Shown piece after piece: positions 19,387 through 28,766 of a DNA stretch of 64,000 bases; position 1 is the stretch's first letter, and every line of letters begins with the position of its first letter. A program made the position numbers and the translations under genes. Below the pieces are notes generated by a model. The model was not told the origin of the DNA and did no database searches. It worked only from the letters and a program-made list of their open reading frames with translations. The DNA is from Synergistales bacterium (GTDB taxonomy: Bacteria > Synergistota > Synergistia > Synergistales > JAFGMB01), in assembly GCA_963666205.1 (NCBI GenBank), contig OY762654.1, forward strand, positions 2,176,001 to 2,240,000, given 5' to 3'.

Positions 19387-19423
19387 GAAGGCAGGAATCC
19401 CAGGACAGGATTTTCCTGCCTTC
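19387..19423 (+). terminator. Stem-loop after the XRE regulator
   Basis: GAAGGCAGGAA..TTCCTGCCTTC. Confidence 0.6.
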
Positions 19424-19746
19424 AGTTGTAATTGATAATATCCTGATTCAGGTATAAAAGATCTTTTATCAGATCTATCCTGTTTCCAGGCAGTCAGGAA
19501 TTATTCATATCACCGTAGAAACTTTTTTAATTAAGATACCCTTCACTCTGCTCCTGTTTGATAAATTGTTATCATAATTGACCCTGGATGAAATATCTTT
19601 TATAATTTTCAGTAATTTTGAACATGTTTTTCTTAATATAAAGCACTGAAGAGAGAAGATTAGGCAGGAGGTGACGGTTTTCAGATCGGTCAGGTAATGC
19701 AGGCGGTTTTTATTGTTTTTAATAATCTTTAACAGGAGGTTAAAAA

Positions 19747-21138
19747 ATGTCTTCATTGAGAAAGTCCAAGGTTCCCCACACTTATGTTCTTCTGTTTTCA
19801 CTCATTATCCTTGCAGTAATTGGCAGCTATGTCCTTCCCGCAGGTCAGTTTGACCGTGTTCAGGATGAAAAAACTCACAAGACTATAGTTGTACCCGGAA
19901 GTTTTAAACAAGTAGAGCAGACACCTGTATCTTTCTTCGATACCTTTATTGCCATTCAGAAGGGTATGATAGATGCCGGTTCTGTTGTATTCTTTGTTTT
20001 CCTTGTCTATGCCTCTTTCTTTGTTGTTATGCAGACTCATGCCCTGCATGCCTTCATAGGGTGGCTGTTACGGGTCATGGAAGGCAAGGAGATACTCATA
20101 ATACCAGTTTTCATGTATCTCTTTGCCCTCGGCGGTTCCATTTTCGGTATGTTCGAGGAGACCTTCGGGTTCATTCCTCTCTTTGTCGGTCTTGCAATTG
20201 CAATGGGTTATGATGCCATTGTCGGCATGAGCATGGTATCCTTGGGAGTAGCCATGGGTTTTGCCGCAGCATTCATGAATCCATTCACAGTCGGTCTTGC
20301 CCAGAAGTTCGCCGAACTTCCCCTTTTCTCTGCCATGGGATTCCGTATGGTAAGCTGGTTCGTTCTCGTTACCATGTCAGTTCTCTGGACCATGCGCTAT
20401 GCTAAGAAGATAAAAGCCGATCCTACAAAGAGTATTATGTACGGTGTGGATATGGGAAGCCTTGCCCTTGACCATGACGAACTTCTTGAATCCAAGTTCA
20501 CAGGCAGGGATAAGCTGGTTCTGACCTATGTCGTCGCGATTATAGGACTCCTTGTCTGGGGTGTCATAAAGAAAGGATGGTACTTCAACGAGATCGCCGG
20601 ACTGTTCCTCATCATGGGTATATTTGCCGGTTTCATCTCCGGTATGAAACCCAGCCAGCTGGCCAGCTGTTATGTGGAAGGACTCAAGGATATTACCTTC
20701 GGAGCCCTTGTCATAGGCCTCTCGAGAGGTATCCTTATTGTCATGCGTGAAGGTAACATCATCGATACAGTTATCTACGGTCTCGCTCAGCCCCTTTCCC
20801 TTTTCCCCAAGTGGGTTGCTGCTGAAGGGATGCTTTTCATCCAGACCCTTATCAACTTCTTTATTCCTTCCGGTTCTGGCCAGGCTGCGACGACCATGCC
20901 CATCATGGCGCCCCTTTCAGATCTGCTGGGGATCACCCGCCAGACGGCAGTGCTTGCCTACCAGTATGGAGACGGTTTCTCCAACATACTCTGGCCAACT
21001 ACTCTTCTTCCTGTCATCTGCGGTATAGCTAGAGTACCCATTGAAAAGTGGTGGAAGTACTTTGTTCCCTTCTTCCTCCTTCTGCTCCCTGTTCAGATGA
21101 TATTCATGGCTGTCGCGGTTGCCATTAACCTTCAGTAA
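19747..21138 (+). CDS. YfcC/ArcD-like (DcuC-related) transporter
   Basis: KVPHTY, MNPFTVGLAQ, IPSGSGQA, AYQYGDGFSN. Confidence 0.9.
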   Translation: MSSLRKSKVPHTYVLLFSLIILAVIGSYVLPAGQFDRVQDEKTHKTIVVPGSFKQVEQTPVSFFDTFIAIQKGMIDAGSVVFFVFLVYASFFVVMQTHALHAFIGWLLRVMEGKEILIIPVFMYLFALGGSIFGMFEETFGFIPLFVGLAIAMGYDAIVGMSMVSLGVAMGFAAAFMNPFTVGLAQKFAELPLFSAMGFRMVSWFVLVTMSVLWTMRYAKKIKADPTKSIMYGVDMGSLALDHDELLESKFTGRDKLVLTYVVAIIGLLVWGVIKKGWYFNEIAGLFLIMGIFAGFISGMKPSQLASCYVEGLKDITFGALVIGLSRGILIVMREGNIIDTVIYGLAQPLSLFPKWVAAEGMLFIQTLINFFIPSGSGQAATTMPIMAPLSDLLGITRQTAVLAYQYGDGFSNILWPTTLLPVICGIARVPIEKWWKYFVPFFLLLLPVQMIFMAVAVAINLQ

Positions 21139-21181
21139 TTGACAGAAATTCCTTGTAGAAGTTTCTGTTCGGAGTGATAAT

Positions 21182-21217
21182 TCATGGATGGCAGGGTATT
21201 AACCCTGCCATCCATGA
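21182..21217 (+). terminator. Intra-operon stem-loop
   Basis: TCATGGATGGCAGGG..CCCTGCCATCCATGA followed by T-rich sequence. Confidence 0.6.
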
Positions 21218-21246
21218 TGTTTTAACTTTTAAGGAGGTTAAAGAGT

Positions 21247-22590
21247 ATGGCAGATTACGATCTTCTCATCGTTGATTCAGTGGTTATAGATCCTTCAGAA
21301 AACCAGGAAAAAAAGGTCAATATTGCCATCAGGGATGGTCTTATTGCCTGGATGGGAGAGGAGACACCCCATGCGGAAAGAGTTCTGGATGGGGAAGGCT
21401 GTATGGTTTGTCCGGGTTTTATCGATACCCATATGCATGATGAGGAAATAGATGATCCGGATACGACACAGATGGCTCTCCTCAGCCAGGGCGTAACCAC
21501 CTGTATCGCCGGAAACTGCGGTTCAGGACCTTTACAGGAGCGGATAAGACCTTCAAGATCCAATCCCTGGCTGAACATCGGGTTCATGACTGGGCATACT
21601 GCATTGAGGGGCGAAGTGGGTATTACTGACAAGGATCGATACAGGCCTGCCACTGAAGATGAAACCCTGAAGATGGAAGATCTTCTTTTCAGGGAACTGG
21701 AAAAGGGATCCTTCGGTCTCTCCCTTGGACTGGAATATAATCCTGAAACAAGTTGGGAAGAGATCATCGCATTGAGCGAAGTTATCCCGCGATTTGAAAA
21801 AAGATGGATATCTTCACATATCAGACACGATGGTCCCCGTTGTCTTGAAGCAGTGGAAGAAATGGTAACCCTTGCTGCCTCAGTAAGAGCCAGAGTCCAG
21901 TTATCCCATCTTGGCAGTATGACATCCTTCGGTTTTGCCGCTGATGCTCTGAAGCTCCTTCACAAGGGAAAGGAAAAGGGGCTTGATCTCACCTGGGACA
22001 GCTATCCATACGCCGCGTTCTGTACTCATCTGGGTTCCGCGGTATTTGATCCGGGTTTTGAAGAAAGGTTCAATAAACCTATAAGTGCCCTCGAAGTCGG
22101 CAGCGGCCCCCACGCAGGGAAAAGACTTGATCGCGTCCTTTTTGAAGAACTTCGAAGAGAGTCCCCCCGGACCCTTATAATCGCCCATGTAATGAATGAG
22201 GATGAAATGAAACTGATATTGAAGGATCCTTGTTGTGCCATAGCTTCAGATGCGGTTCTTTTTGAGGGACGGGGACATCCCCGGGTAGCCGGAGCATTCC
22301 CCAGGGGGATAAACTGGCTCAGGGAAGAAGGACTATCCTGGGCCGGAGCAATAAGTCATGCTACTTCTGTACCAGCGGACATGGCGTGGCTTGATGCAGG
22401 ACGCATTACGGAAGGTTCTCCTGCTGATCTGGTAATCTTTGAACCTGAAAACTTCAGAGATAAGGCCACATTTGAGGAACCCCTTCTTCCACCGGAAGGT
22501 ATCAGATATGTGATAGTGAATGGTAATGTCGCAGTCGATGAGGGATTTCTGAACGCCAGCCCATGCGGGAGATTCCTTACAAGGGATTGA
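21247..22590 (+). CDS. N-acyl-D-amino-acid deacylase-like amidohydrolase
   Basis: PGFIDTHMH, QGVTT..GNCG, SLGLEY, HPR..GAFPR, ADLVIF. Confidence 0.85.
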   Translation: MADYDLLIVDSVVIDPSENQEKKVNIAIRDGLIAWMGEETPHAERVLDGEGCMVCPGFIDTHMHDEEIDDPDTTQMALLSQGVTTCIAGNCGSGPLQERIRPSRSNPWLNIGFMTGHTALRGEVGITDKDRYRPATEDETLKMEDLLFRELEKGSFGLSLGLEYNPETSWEEIIALSEVIPRFEKRWISSHIRHDGPRCLEAVEEMVTLAASVRARVQLSHLGSMTSFGFAADALKLLHKGKEKGLDLTWDSYPYAAFCTHLGSAVFDPGFEERFNKPISALEVGSGPHAGKRLDRVLFEELRRESPRTLIIAHVMNEDEMKLILKDPCCAIASDAVLFEGRGHPRVAGAFPRGINWLREEGLSWAGAISHATSVPADMAWLDAGRITEGSPADLVIFEPENFRDKATFEEPLLPPEGIRYVIVNGNVAVDEGFLNASPCGRFLTRD

Positions 22591-22638
22591 GCTTTTCGCA
22601 TACCCTGTTATTCAGCCTTGAGCGAATGGAGGATACTG

Positions 22639-23814
22639 ATGAAAAATTACGAAGATCTGATAAAAAAAACAGATGAGGCTATAGATAAGTTTAAAAACCG
22701 GGCGGCGGAGCTTAATGATTTTATGGCAGCCAATCCTGAGCTTGGCGATGGAGAATTTAAAGCAAGCAGAAAAATGGCGGATATTCTTACTGATCTTGGC
22801 TTCGAGGTGGAATATCCCTTTCTTGGGATCCCGACATCATTCCGGGGGGTCAAGGGTAATGGTAATGGGCCTGTAGTTGCCCTGATGGTGGAGTATGATG
22901 CCCTTCCCGATATCGGCCATGCCTGCGGTCATTGTCTGCATGGAAGCATGTCCATCCTTGCCGCAGCAGGTCTGGCAGAGGTTATGAAAGATATTGAAGG
23001 AACTCTTATGGTAATCGGAACACCTGCCGAGGAAACCAATGGAGCAAAGGTTCCCATGGCCGAGCAGGGAGTATTTGACGGAGTCGATCTGGCTCTTATG
23101 ATACATTGCAACGATGATAAAAGTTTTGTGAGGTATAGATCTCTTGCCATGGATGCCATCCAGTTCGAGTTTACAGGAAAACCGGCACATGCTGCAGGTG
23201 CTCCCTGGGATGGTATTAATGCCCTTAATGGCGTTCAGCTTCTTTTCCATGGAATAGACATGCTCAGACAGCATATCAGGCCTGAGGCCAGGATGCACGG
23301 CATTGTCAGCCAGGGCGGACTTGCTCCCAACATAGTGCCTGAAAAGGCTGTAGCCAGCTTCTATTTCAGGGCTCCCAGGCGTAAATATCTCAATGAAATA
23401 CTTGAAAAGGCATATAACTGTGCACGAGGAGCTGCCCTTGCTACCGGTACCGAAGTGAAGTGGAATAAGTTTGAGGTAAGTTTTGACAACATGGTTCCTA
23501 ATGATGCGGCTGAGTCCATGATGGAAGATGTTTACCGTGAACTGGGTATCCCTATCGGTGAATCTCCCGGGTGTATGGGTTCATCAGATGTGGGAAATGT
23601 CAGTCAGAGATGTCCCGCTATTCAGCCCATGCTTTCCATAACTGATCATCCGGTCGCAGCTCATACTCATGAATTTGCCAGTGCAGTCTCTACTCCACGG
23701 GCTTATGATGCTCTTGAAAAGGGGGCCCGGGCGCTGGCCCGAGCTTCGGTTAAAACATTTATCGATAATGACCTGAGGAATAGAATGCAGAAGGCCTTTA
23801 AGGAAAATATCTAG
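22639..23814 (+). CDS. M20 amidohydrolase (ACY1L2/AbgB-like), paralog 1
   Basis: EYDALP..GHACGH, GTPAEE, AHAAGAPW.GINAL, GSSDVGNVS. Confidence 0.92.
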   Translation: MKNYEDLIKKTDEAIDKFKNRAAELNDFMAANPELGDGEFKASRKMADILTDLGFEVEYPFLGIPTSFRGVKGNGNGPVVALMVEYDALPDIGHACGHCLHGSMSILAAAGLAEVMKDIEGTLMVIGTPAEETNGAKVPMAEQGVFDGVDLALMIHCNDDKSFVRYRSLAMDAIQFEFTGKPAHAAGAPWDGINALNGVQLLFHGIDMLRQHIRPEARMHGIVSQGGLAPNIVPEKAVASFYFRAPRRKYLNEILEKAYNCARGAALATGTEVKWNKFEVSFDNMVPNDAAESMMEDVYRELGIPIGESPGCMGSSDVGNVSQRCPAIQPMLSITDHPVAAHTHEFASAVSTPRAYDALEKGARALARASVKTFIDNDLRNRMQKAFKENI

Positions 23815-23868
23815 TAGAGAGTTTTTCTGTAGAACCTAAATTTATGTTTTGCACAGGGAGAAATATAC

Positions 23869-25050
23869 ATGGATAAATTTGAAATTTTCAAGGAAAAAGT
23901 ACTGGAAGGGATAGCAGCAGATACATCCAGGGCAATTGAACTGAGTGATATCATGGCGGATAACCCTGAGCTGGCCTATGAAGAGTATGAATCAAGCCGA
24001 AGGATGGTCGAAATTCTCAGGGATAAAGGATTCGATGTGGAATATCCTTTTATGGGTATGGCCACAGCTTTCCGCGGGGTCATGGGTACAGGGAAAGGTC
24101 CGCTGGTAGCCCTGCTGGTTGAATATGATGCCCTTCCCGGTCTGGGCCACGCATGTGGTCACAATCTTCATGGGAACATGTCGATCCTTGCCGCTGCAGG
24201 ACTCTCAGAAGTAATGAAAGAAATAGAAGGTACCTTATGGGTGATAGGTACTCCGGGGGAAGAGGCGAGCGGCGCAAAGACCTTAATGGCTGATGCCGGT
24301 CTTTTCGACGGTGTTGACCTTGCCCTGATGATCCACTGCGGGAGCGATAAAAGCTATGCCGATTACCGCTGTCTGGCTATGGATGGGTATGACTTTACCT
24401 TTACAGGAAGGACTGCCCATGCTGCCGCGGCTCCCTGGGAAGGTCTTAATGCCCTTAACGCGGTACAGTTCTTCGAGCACTCCATAGATATGCTGAGACA
24501 GCATGTACGTCCGGAAAGCCGCATCCACGGTATAGTAAGGGAAGGTGGGAAAGCCCCCAATATCGTTCCGGAGAAGGCAGTTACGCGGTTTGAATTTCGC
24601 CATACCCAGAGGCAGTATCTTAATGAAATAATGGAAAAGGTCTTTGACTGTGCGAGAGGAGCTGCTCTTGCTACGGGTACAGAAGTATCCTGGGAAAAGT
24701 TCGAGTCCAGCTTTGATGATCTTATGCCCAACAGACCTGCAGAGATCCTTGTAGAGGAAGTATTCGGGACCCTTGGGATTCCTGTCAGCCCCTCACCCGG
24801 TCCCGGCGGTTCCACGGATGTGGGTAACGTAAGCCACAGGTGTCCGGCCATTCAGCCTGTCCTTGCCATTTCCGACCGGGAAATACCCCTTCACACCAGA
24901 GAATTGGAACAGGCTACCCGCATGGAAATGGGACACCAGGCTCTGGTGAAGGGAGCGGAGGTTCTTGCCTTGTCTTCCTTGAGAACTTTCCTGGATAAAG
25001 AGCTGAGGAGTAGAATGGCTGAAGAATTTAAAAGGATACAAAAAGATTAA
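23869..25050 (+). CDS. M20 amidohydrolase (ACY1L2/AbgB-like), paralog 2
   Basis: Same motif set as the upstream gene: EYDALPGLGHACGH, GTPGEE, GSTDVGNVS. Confidence 0.92.
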   Translation: MDKFEIFKEKVLEGIAADTSRAIELSDIMADNPELAYEEYESSRRMVEILRDKGFDVEYPFMGMATAFRGVMGTGKGPLVALLVEYDALPGLGHACGHNLHGNMSILAAAGLSEVMKEIEGTLWVIGTPGEEASGAKTLMADAGLFDGVDLALMIHCGSDKSYADYRCLAMDGYDFTFTGRTAHAAAAPWEGLNALNAVQFFEHSIDMLRQHVRPESRIHGIVREGGKAPNIVPEKAVTRFEFRHTQRQYLNEIMEKVFDCARGAALATGTEVSWEKFESSFDDLMPNRPAEILVEEVFGTLGIPVSPSPGPGGSTDVGNVSHRCPAIQPVLAISDREIPLHTRELEQATRMEMGHQALVKGAEVLALSSLRTFLDKELRSRMAEEFKRIQKD

Positions 25051-25059
25051 AAACTTTAA

Positions 25060-25101
25060 TATTAGAGGAGAGGCCGGGTGTCACCCTGACCTCTCCTCTA
25101 A
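25060..25101. terminator. Bidirectional terminator
   Basis: ATTAGAGGAGAGG..CCTCTCCTCTAAT between convergent genes. Confidence 0.7.
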
Positions 25102-25106
25102 TAGTT

Positions 25107-26438
25107 TTAAGATACCCGCTGTTTTTCTTGATTTTTATCAAAATAAATATTTCTGCAGCCTGTCTCGGGCAGGAGCATGGTGCATATTAAACCGATAAGG
25201 GAGCCTGCAAAACAAAGCATGAAAGCCCTCTGATATTGAAGAATACCTGGCAGTCTGTCCGACATATCGATAACGATACCCATAAAAGTCGTTACCATTG
25301 CTGTCCCAAGAAATCCTCCGGTATTAAGAACGGAAATAGCTATGCCGGTGAACCTCGGGGAATTAGTTTCTTTGACGATGGCCCAGGAGAGGACAAAGCC
25401 TGCAGAACTGAACCCGATCATAAAAAATAATGGCTTAAGAAGGGGAACGGGTGGTTTTCCTCCATTCAGAAATACTAGTAATCCCCATAGAAGTGTTACA
25501 ATGGCTGTCATTCCTACAAGGGGTAATTTCCTTTTTTCAAGCCTGTCCGAGAACCAGCCATTGAAAATACTTCCAGCCATTGCGCCATAAATAGAGAAGG
25601 AAATGAATCCGGAAGCTGTTCCTTTATCAAAATCGTATACTGTCTGAAGGAAAGACACTCCCCATGCACCTGCAAAGGCCAGATATGCTCCCGAAACAAG
25701 GCCGAAGAATATAAAGGCAGGCCAGATCTGCCATTTTTTCATTACTTCCTTAAGGGCAAGAGGCAGGTTCACCTTATCGTTTTGAGGAGTTTTGGCTTTT
25801 TCATGCAGAATCTGTGCTTCATTGATCGCGGGGAAACCCATATCCTGCGGTCGGTTCCTTATCAGCAGATAACAGGCTATTGCCAGGATAAGAGAAAATA
25901 TTCCAATGCCGGCAAAGGTCATACGCCATGTGAACATGGTCACCATAATTGCCAGGGGAGCCTGTGCAAGTACCCCGCCCATGTTGCCCAGAAAGGCCGT
26001 CATACCTGACATGGTGGCGAATTCTCTTTCACGAAACCACTGTGACTGTATTTTGAGGATCGAGACAAAAACAGTAGAAACACCTATTCCCACCAGGAAT
26101 CTCCCCAGAAAAATGACAAAAGCTGTCGGTGCCAGTCCGAAAATAATGGATCCTATTCCTGCTGTAAAAATGCCGGCAGAAACGGTTTTTCTTGCTCCAA
26201 GGGAGTCTGCCATAATACCCACTGGTATCTGCATGATCATATAGGCGTAAAAGTATGTGGAGGCAAGGGCTCCGAAGGAAGATGCACTAAGGTCAAAAGC
26301 CCTCACCAGATCTTCTCTTACCACCCCGGCTGCGAGACGATGGAAGAAGACCACCATGAAGGCCAAAACCATTATTCCCCAGACTATCCATCTATATGAA
26401 AGGGCTTTTCTTTCCATGTTTTTCTTATCATGCATCAT
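25107..26438 (-). CDS. MFS transporter, paralog 1
   Basis: About 12 TM helices; QIPVGIMADSLGARK motif A; SD before ATG 26438. Confidence 0.92.
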   Translation of the reverse strand: MMHDKKNMERKALSYRWIVWGIMVLAFMVVFFHRLAAGVVREDLVRAFDLSASSFGALASTYFYAYMIMQIPVGIMADSLGARKTVSAGIFTAGIGSIIFGLAPTAFVIFLGRFLVGIGVSTVFVSILKIQSQWFREREFATMSGMTAFLGNMGGVLAQAPLAIMVTMFTWRMTFAGIGIFSLILAIACYLLIRNRPQDMGFPAINEAQILHEKAKTPQNDKVNLPLALKEVMKKWQIWPAFIFFGLVSGAYLAFAGAWGVSFLQTVYDFDKGTASGFISFSIYGAMAGSIFNGWFSDRLEKRKLPLVGMTAIVTLLWGLLVFLNGGKPPVPLLKPLFFMIGFSSAGFVLSWAIVKETNSPRFTGIAISVLNTGGFLGTAMVTTFMGIVIDMSDRLPGILQYQRAFMLCFAGSLIGLICTMLLPETGCRNIYFDKNQEKQRVS

Positions 26439-26589
26439 TTTATTTTCCTCCAGGGAAGTTCTAGACAACGAATAGATATTATCGCAAGAGATCGATATAT
26501 CGACAAATTTTTCTTTTATAAGAAGCCGTGCAAAATATTCTGCCCCGTTTTAATCTTGCAGGCTGGCTAAGAATGTTTTCTGTTCTTTT

Positions 26590-27912
26590 TCATGGTATTT
26601 GTTTTTTCTTATGGAAATACATGTTCCTGCAATTTGTTTCCGGGAGAAAGAGGGTGCAGATCAAGCCAGCAAAGACGCTTGCGAAACAAAGCATAAAAGC
26701 CCGCTGATACTGAACAATCCCTGGCTCCAAGGCAGAAATATCAATTATGATACCCATGAATGTAGTGACAAGGGCTGTCCCGAGAAAACATCCGGTATTA
26801 ACAACAGAAATTGCGATCCCTGTAAATTTGGGGGAATTGGTTTCTTTTACTATTGCCAAAGCCAGGATAAATCCTGTAGAACAGAAACCGATGAGAAAGA
26901 ATAAGGGCTTGAGCAGGGGAACGGGCGGTTTCCCTCCATTGATAAATACCAGCAATCCCCAGAGAAGAGTTGATATAGCTGTCATTCCAACGAGTGGTAA
27001 TTTCCTTGTTCCCAGTCTGTCCGAGAACCAGCCGCTGAAAAAACTCCCAGCCATTGTTCCGTAGATAATGAAGGAAACATAAGCTGAAGCTGAACCCTGG
27101 TTAAAACCGTATACGGCCCTCAGGAATGATACTCCCCATGCTCCTGCAAAGGCCTGGTAGGTCCCAGCGACAAGCCCAAAAAATAAAAAGGCAGGCCAGA
27201 TCTGCCATTCTTTCATTACTTCCCTGAGAGCAAGGCCCAGGTTGAGTCTTTCACCAGGTGGAATCCTGATCCTTTCCCTGAGGATCTCTGCTTCGTTTAT
27301 GGCTGGTAGACCCATGTCCTGTGGCCGGTTGCGTATCAGGAAGTAGCAGGCACATGCCAGAATAAGGGAAAATATTCCAATACCAGCAAAGGTCATTCTC
27401 CATGTGAAAAGGGCCACCATAAAAGCAAGAGGATTCTGTGCAAGCACCCCACCAAGGTTACCCATAAGGGCTGTCATACCCGACATGGTAGCGAATTCCC
27501 TCTCACGAAACCACTGTGACTGGATCTTGAGGATGGAGATAAAAACGGTAGAAACACCTATTCCCACAAGAAATCTTCCCAGGAAAATTACGGAGGTTGT
27601 GGGGGCAAGCCCGAATAACACTGATCCCATCCCCGCCAGAAACATGCCGACCGTAACAGTTTTTCTGGCCCCGAGGGAGTCTGCCATAAGGCCAACCGGG
27701 ATCTGCATTACCATATAGGCGTAAAAATACATGGATGCCAGAGTCCCGAATGCGGAAGCGCTTAATCCGAAAGTCTGAACAATGTCTTCTCTTACAACTC
27801 CTGCAGCGAGCCTGTGGAAGAACACTATCATGAATGCCGCTATCATTATTCCCCACACTATCCATCTATATGAAAGGGCTTTTTTTTCCAGGTCTTTCTG
27901 AGCTTTCATCAC
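26590..27912 (-). CDS. MFS transporter, paralog 2
   Basis: Long identical peptide blocks shared with paralog 1; start GTG 27912 or ATG 27909. Confidence 0.92.
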   Translation of the reverse strand: MMKAQKDLEKKALSYRWIVWGIMIAAFMIVFFHRLAAGVVREDIVQTFGLSASAFGTLASMYFYAYMVMQIPVGLMADSLGARKTVTVGMFLAGMGSVLFGLAPTTSVIFLGRFLVGIGVSTVFISILKIQSQWFREREFATMSGMTALMGNLGGVLAQNPLAFMVALFTWRMTFAGIGIFSLILACACYFLIRNRPQDMGLPAINEAEILRERIRIPPGERLNLGLALREVMKEWQIWPAFLFFGLVAGTYQAFAGAWGVSFLRAVYGFNQGSASAYVSFIIYGTMAGSFFSGWFSDRLGTRKLPLVGMTAISTLLWGLLVFINGGKPPVPLLKPLFFLIGFCSTGFILALAIVKETNSPKFTGIAISVVNTGCFLGTALVTTFMGIIIDISALEPGIVQYQRAFMLCFASVFAGLICTLFLPETNCRNMYFHKKKQIP

Positions 27913-27967
27913 TTTATATTCCTCCCGGCACCCTTTCGACAATAAATTGATATTGAATGACAAAATA

Positions 27968-27997
27968 TTGACACAGGCAGTAAAATTCTGCTATAAA
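27968..27997 (+). promoter_or_regulatory. Sigma70-type promoter for the regulator-ior operon
   Basis: TTGACA-N18-TATAAA with TGn extended -10. Confidence 0.6.
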
Positions 27998-28057
27998 TAT
28001 AGCGCAAAAAGTTGATATGTCAACAATATTTTGTTGTATGTAAGGGGAGTAGGCTCA

Positions 28058-28747
28058 ATGGGACCACATCCGATACTTAAAGCTTTAAAGCCTGTTATAA
28101 AGGGACTTGCCCTTGCCCTGGGCACGGATTACGAGATAGTGCTCCACGATATCAACGATCCTGAAAATTCCATTATCGCCATTGAGAATTCACAGGTCAC
28201 CGGCAGGAAAATAGGAGATCCATTGACGGATTATGCCATGTACCTTCTGAAAAACAGCGACCAGAAGAAAGAGGATTACGTAGCCAATTTCCTTACCAGG
28301 ACAAGTAATGGCAAAAGGATCCGTTCCTCGACCCTATATCTCAGAGATGAGAAGGGAAAGCTAATAGGATACCTGTGTATCAATTATGACATGTCAAGGG
28401 CAGAAATAATAAAGAACATGGTTGATCAGCTGGTTTCTGTAACCGGGGGGGGCAGTACAGCCGAAATACCCAGAGAAGAGGAGATGCCCGCAACACTGGA
28501 GGGGCTCATGGAAAGAAATCTCAAACTTATCAGAAAGCTTGTAGGTAAACCCCTTCATATGTCGAATAAACAGGAAAAACTTCAGGCTATCAAGGTTCTC
28601 GACGATGAAGGATTCTTTCTTCTCAAGGGTGCAGTAGAGGCCCTTGCCGAAGAAACGGGCAATACGAAGTACACCATTTATTCATATCTTCGTGAAGTAA
28701 GGGGAGAAAGATCAGGTCCCTCTTCTGATTTCAAAGTAACTCAATAA
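28058..28747 (+). CDS. YheO-like PAS + HTH regulator (DauR family)
   Basis: EIVLHD..ENSIIAIEN..VTGRKIGDP, RSST, LCINYD, G.FLLKGAV..Y.YL. Confidence 0.9.
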   Translation: MGPHPILKALKPVIKGLALALGTDYEIVLHDINDPENSIIAIENSQVTGRKIGDPLTDYAMYLLKNSDQKKEDYVANFLTRTSNGKRIRSSTLYLRDEKGKLIGYLCINYDMSRAEIIKNMVDQLVSVTGGGSTAEIPREEEMPATLEGLMERNLKLIRKLVGKPLHMSNKQEKLQAIKVLDDEGFFLLKGAVEALAEETGNTKYTIYSYLREVRGERSGPSSDFKVTQ

Positions 28748-28766
28748 AGGACAGGAGGAATCCAGA

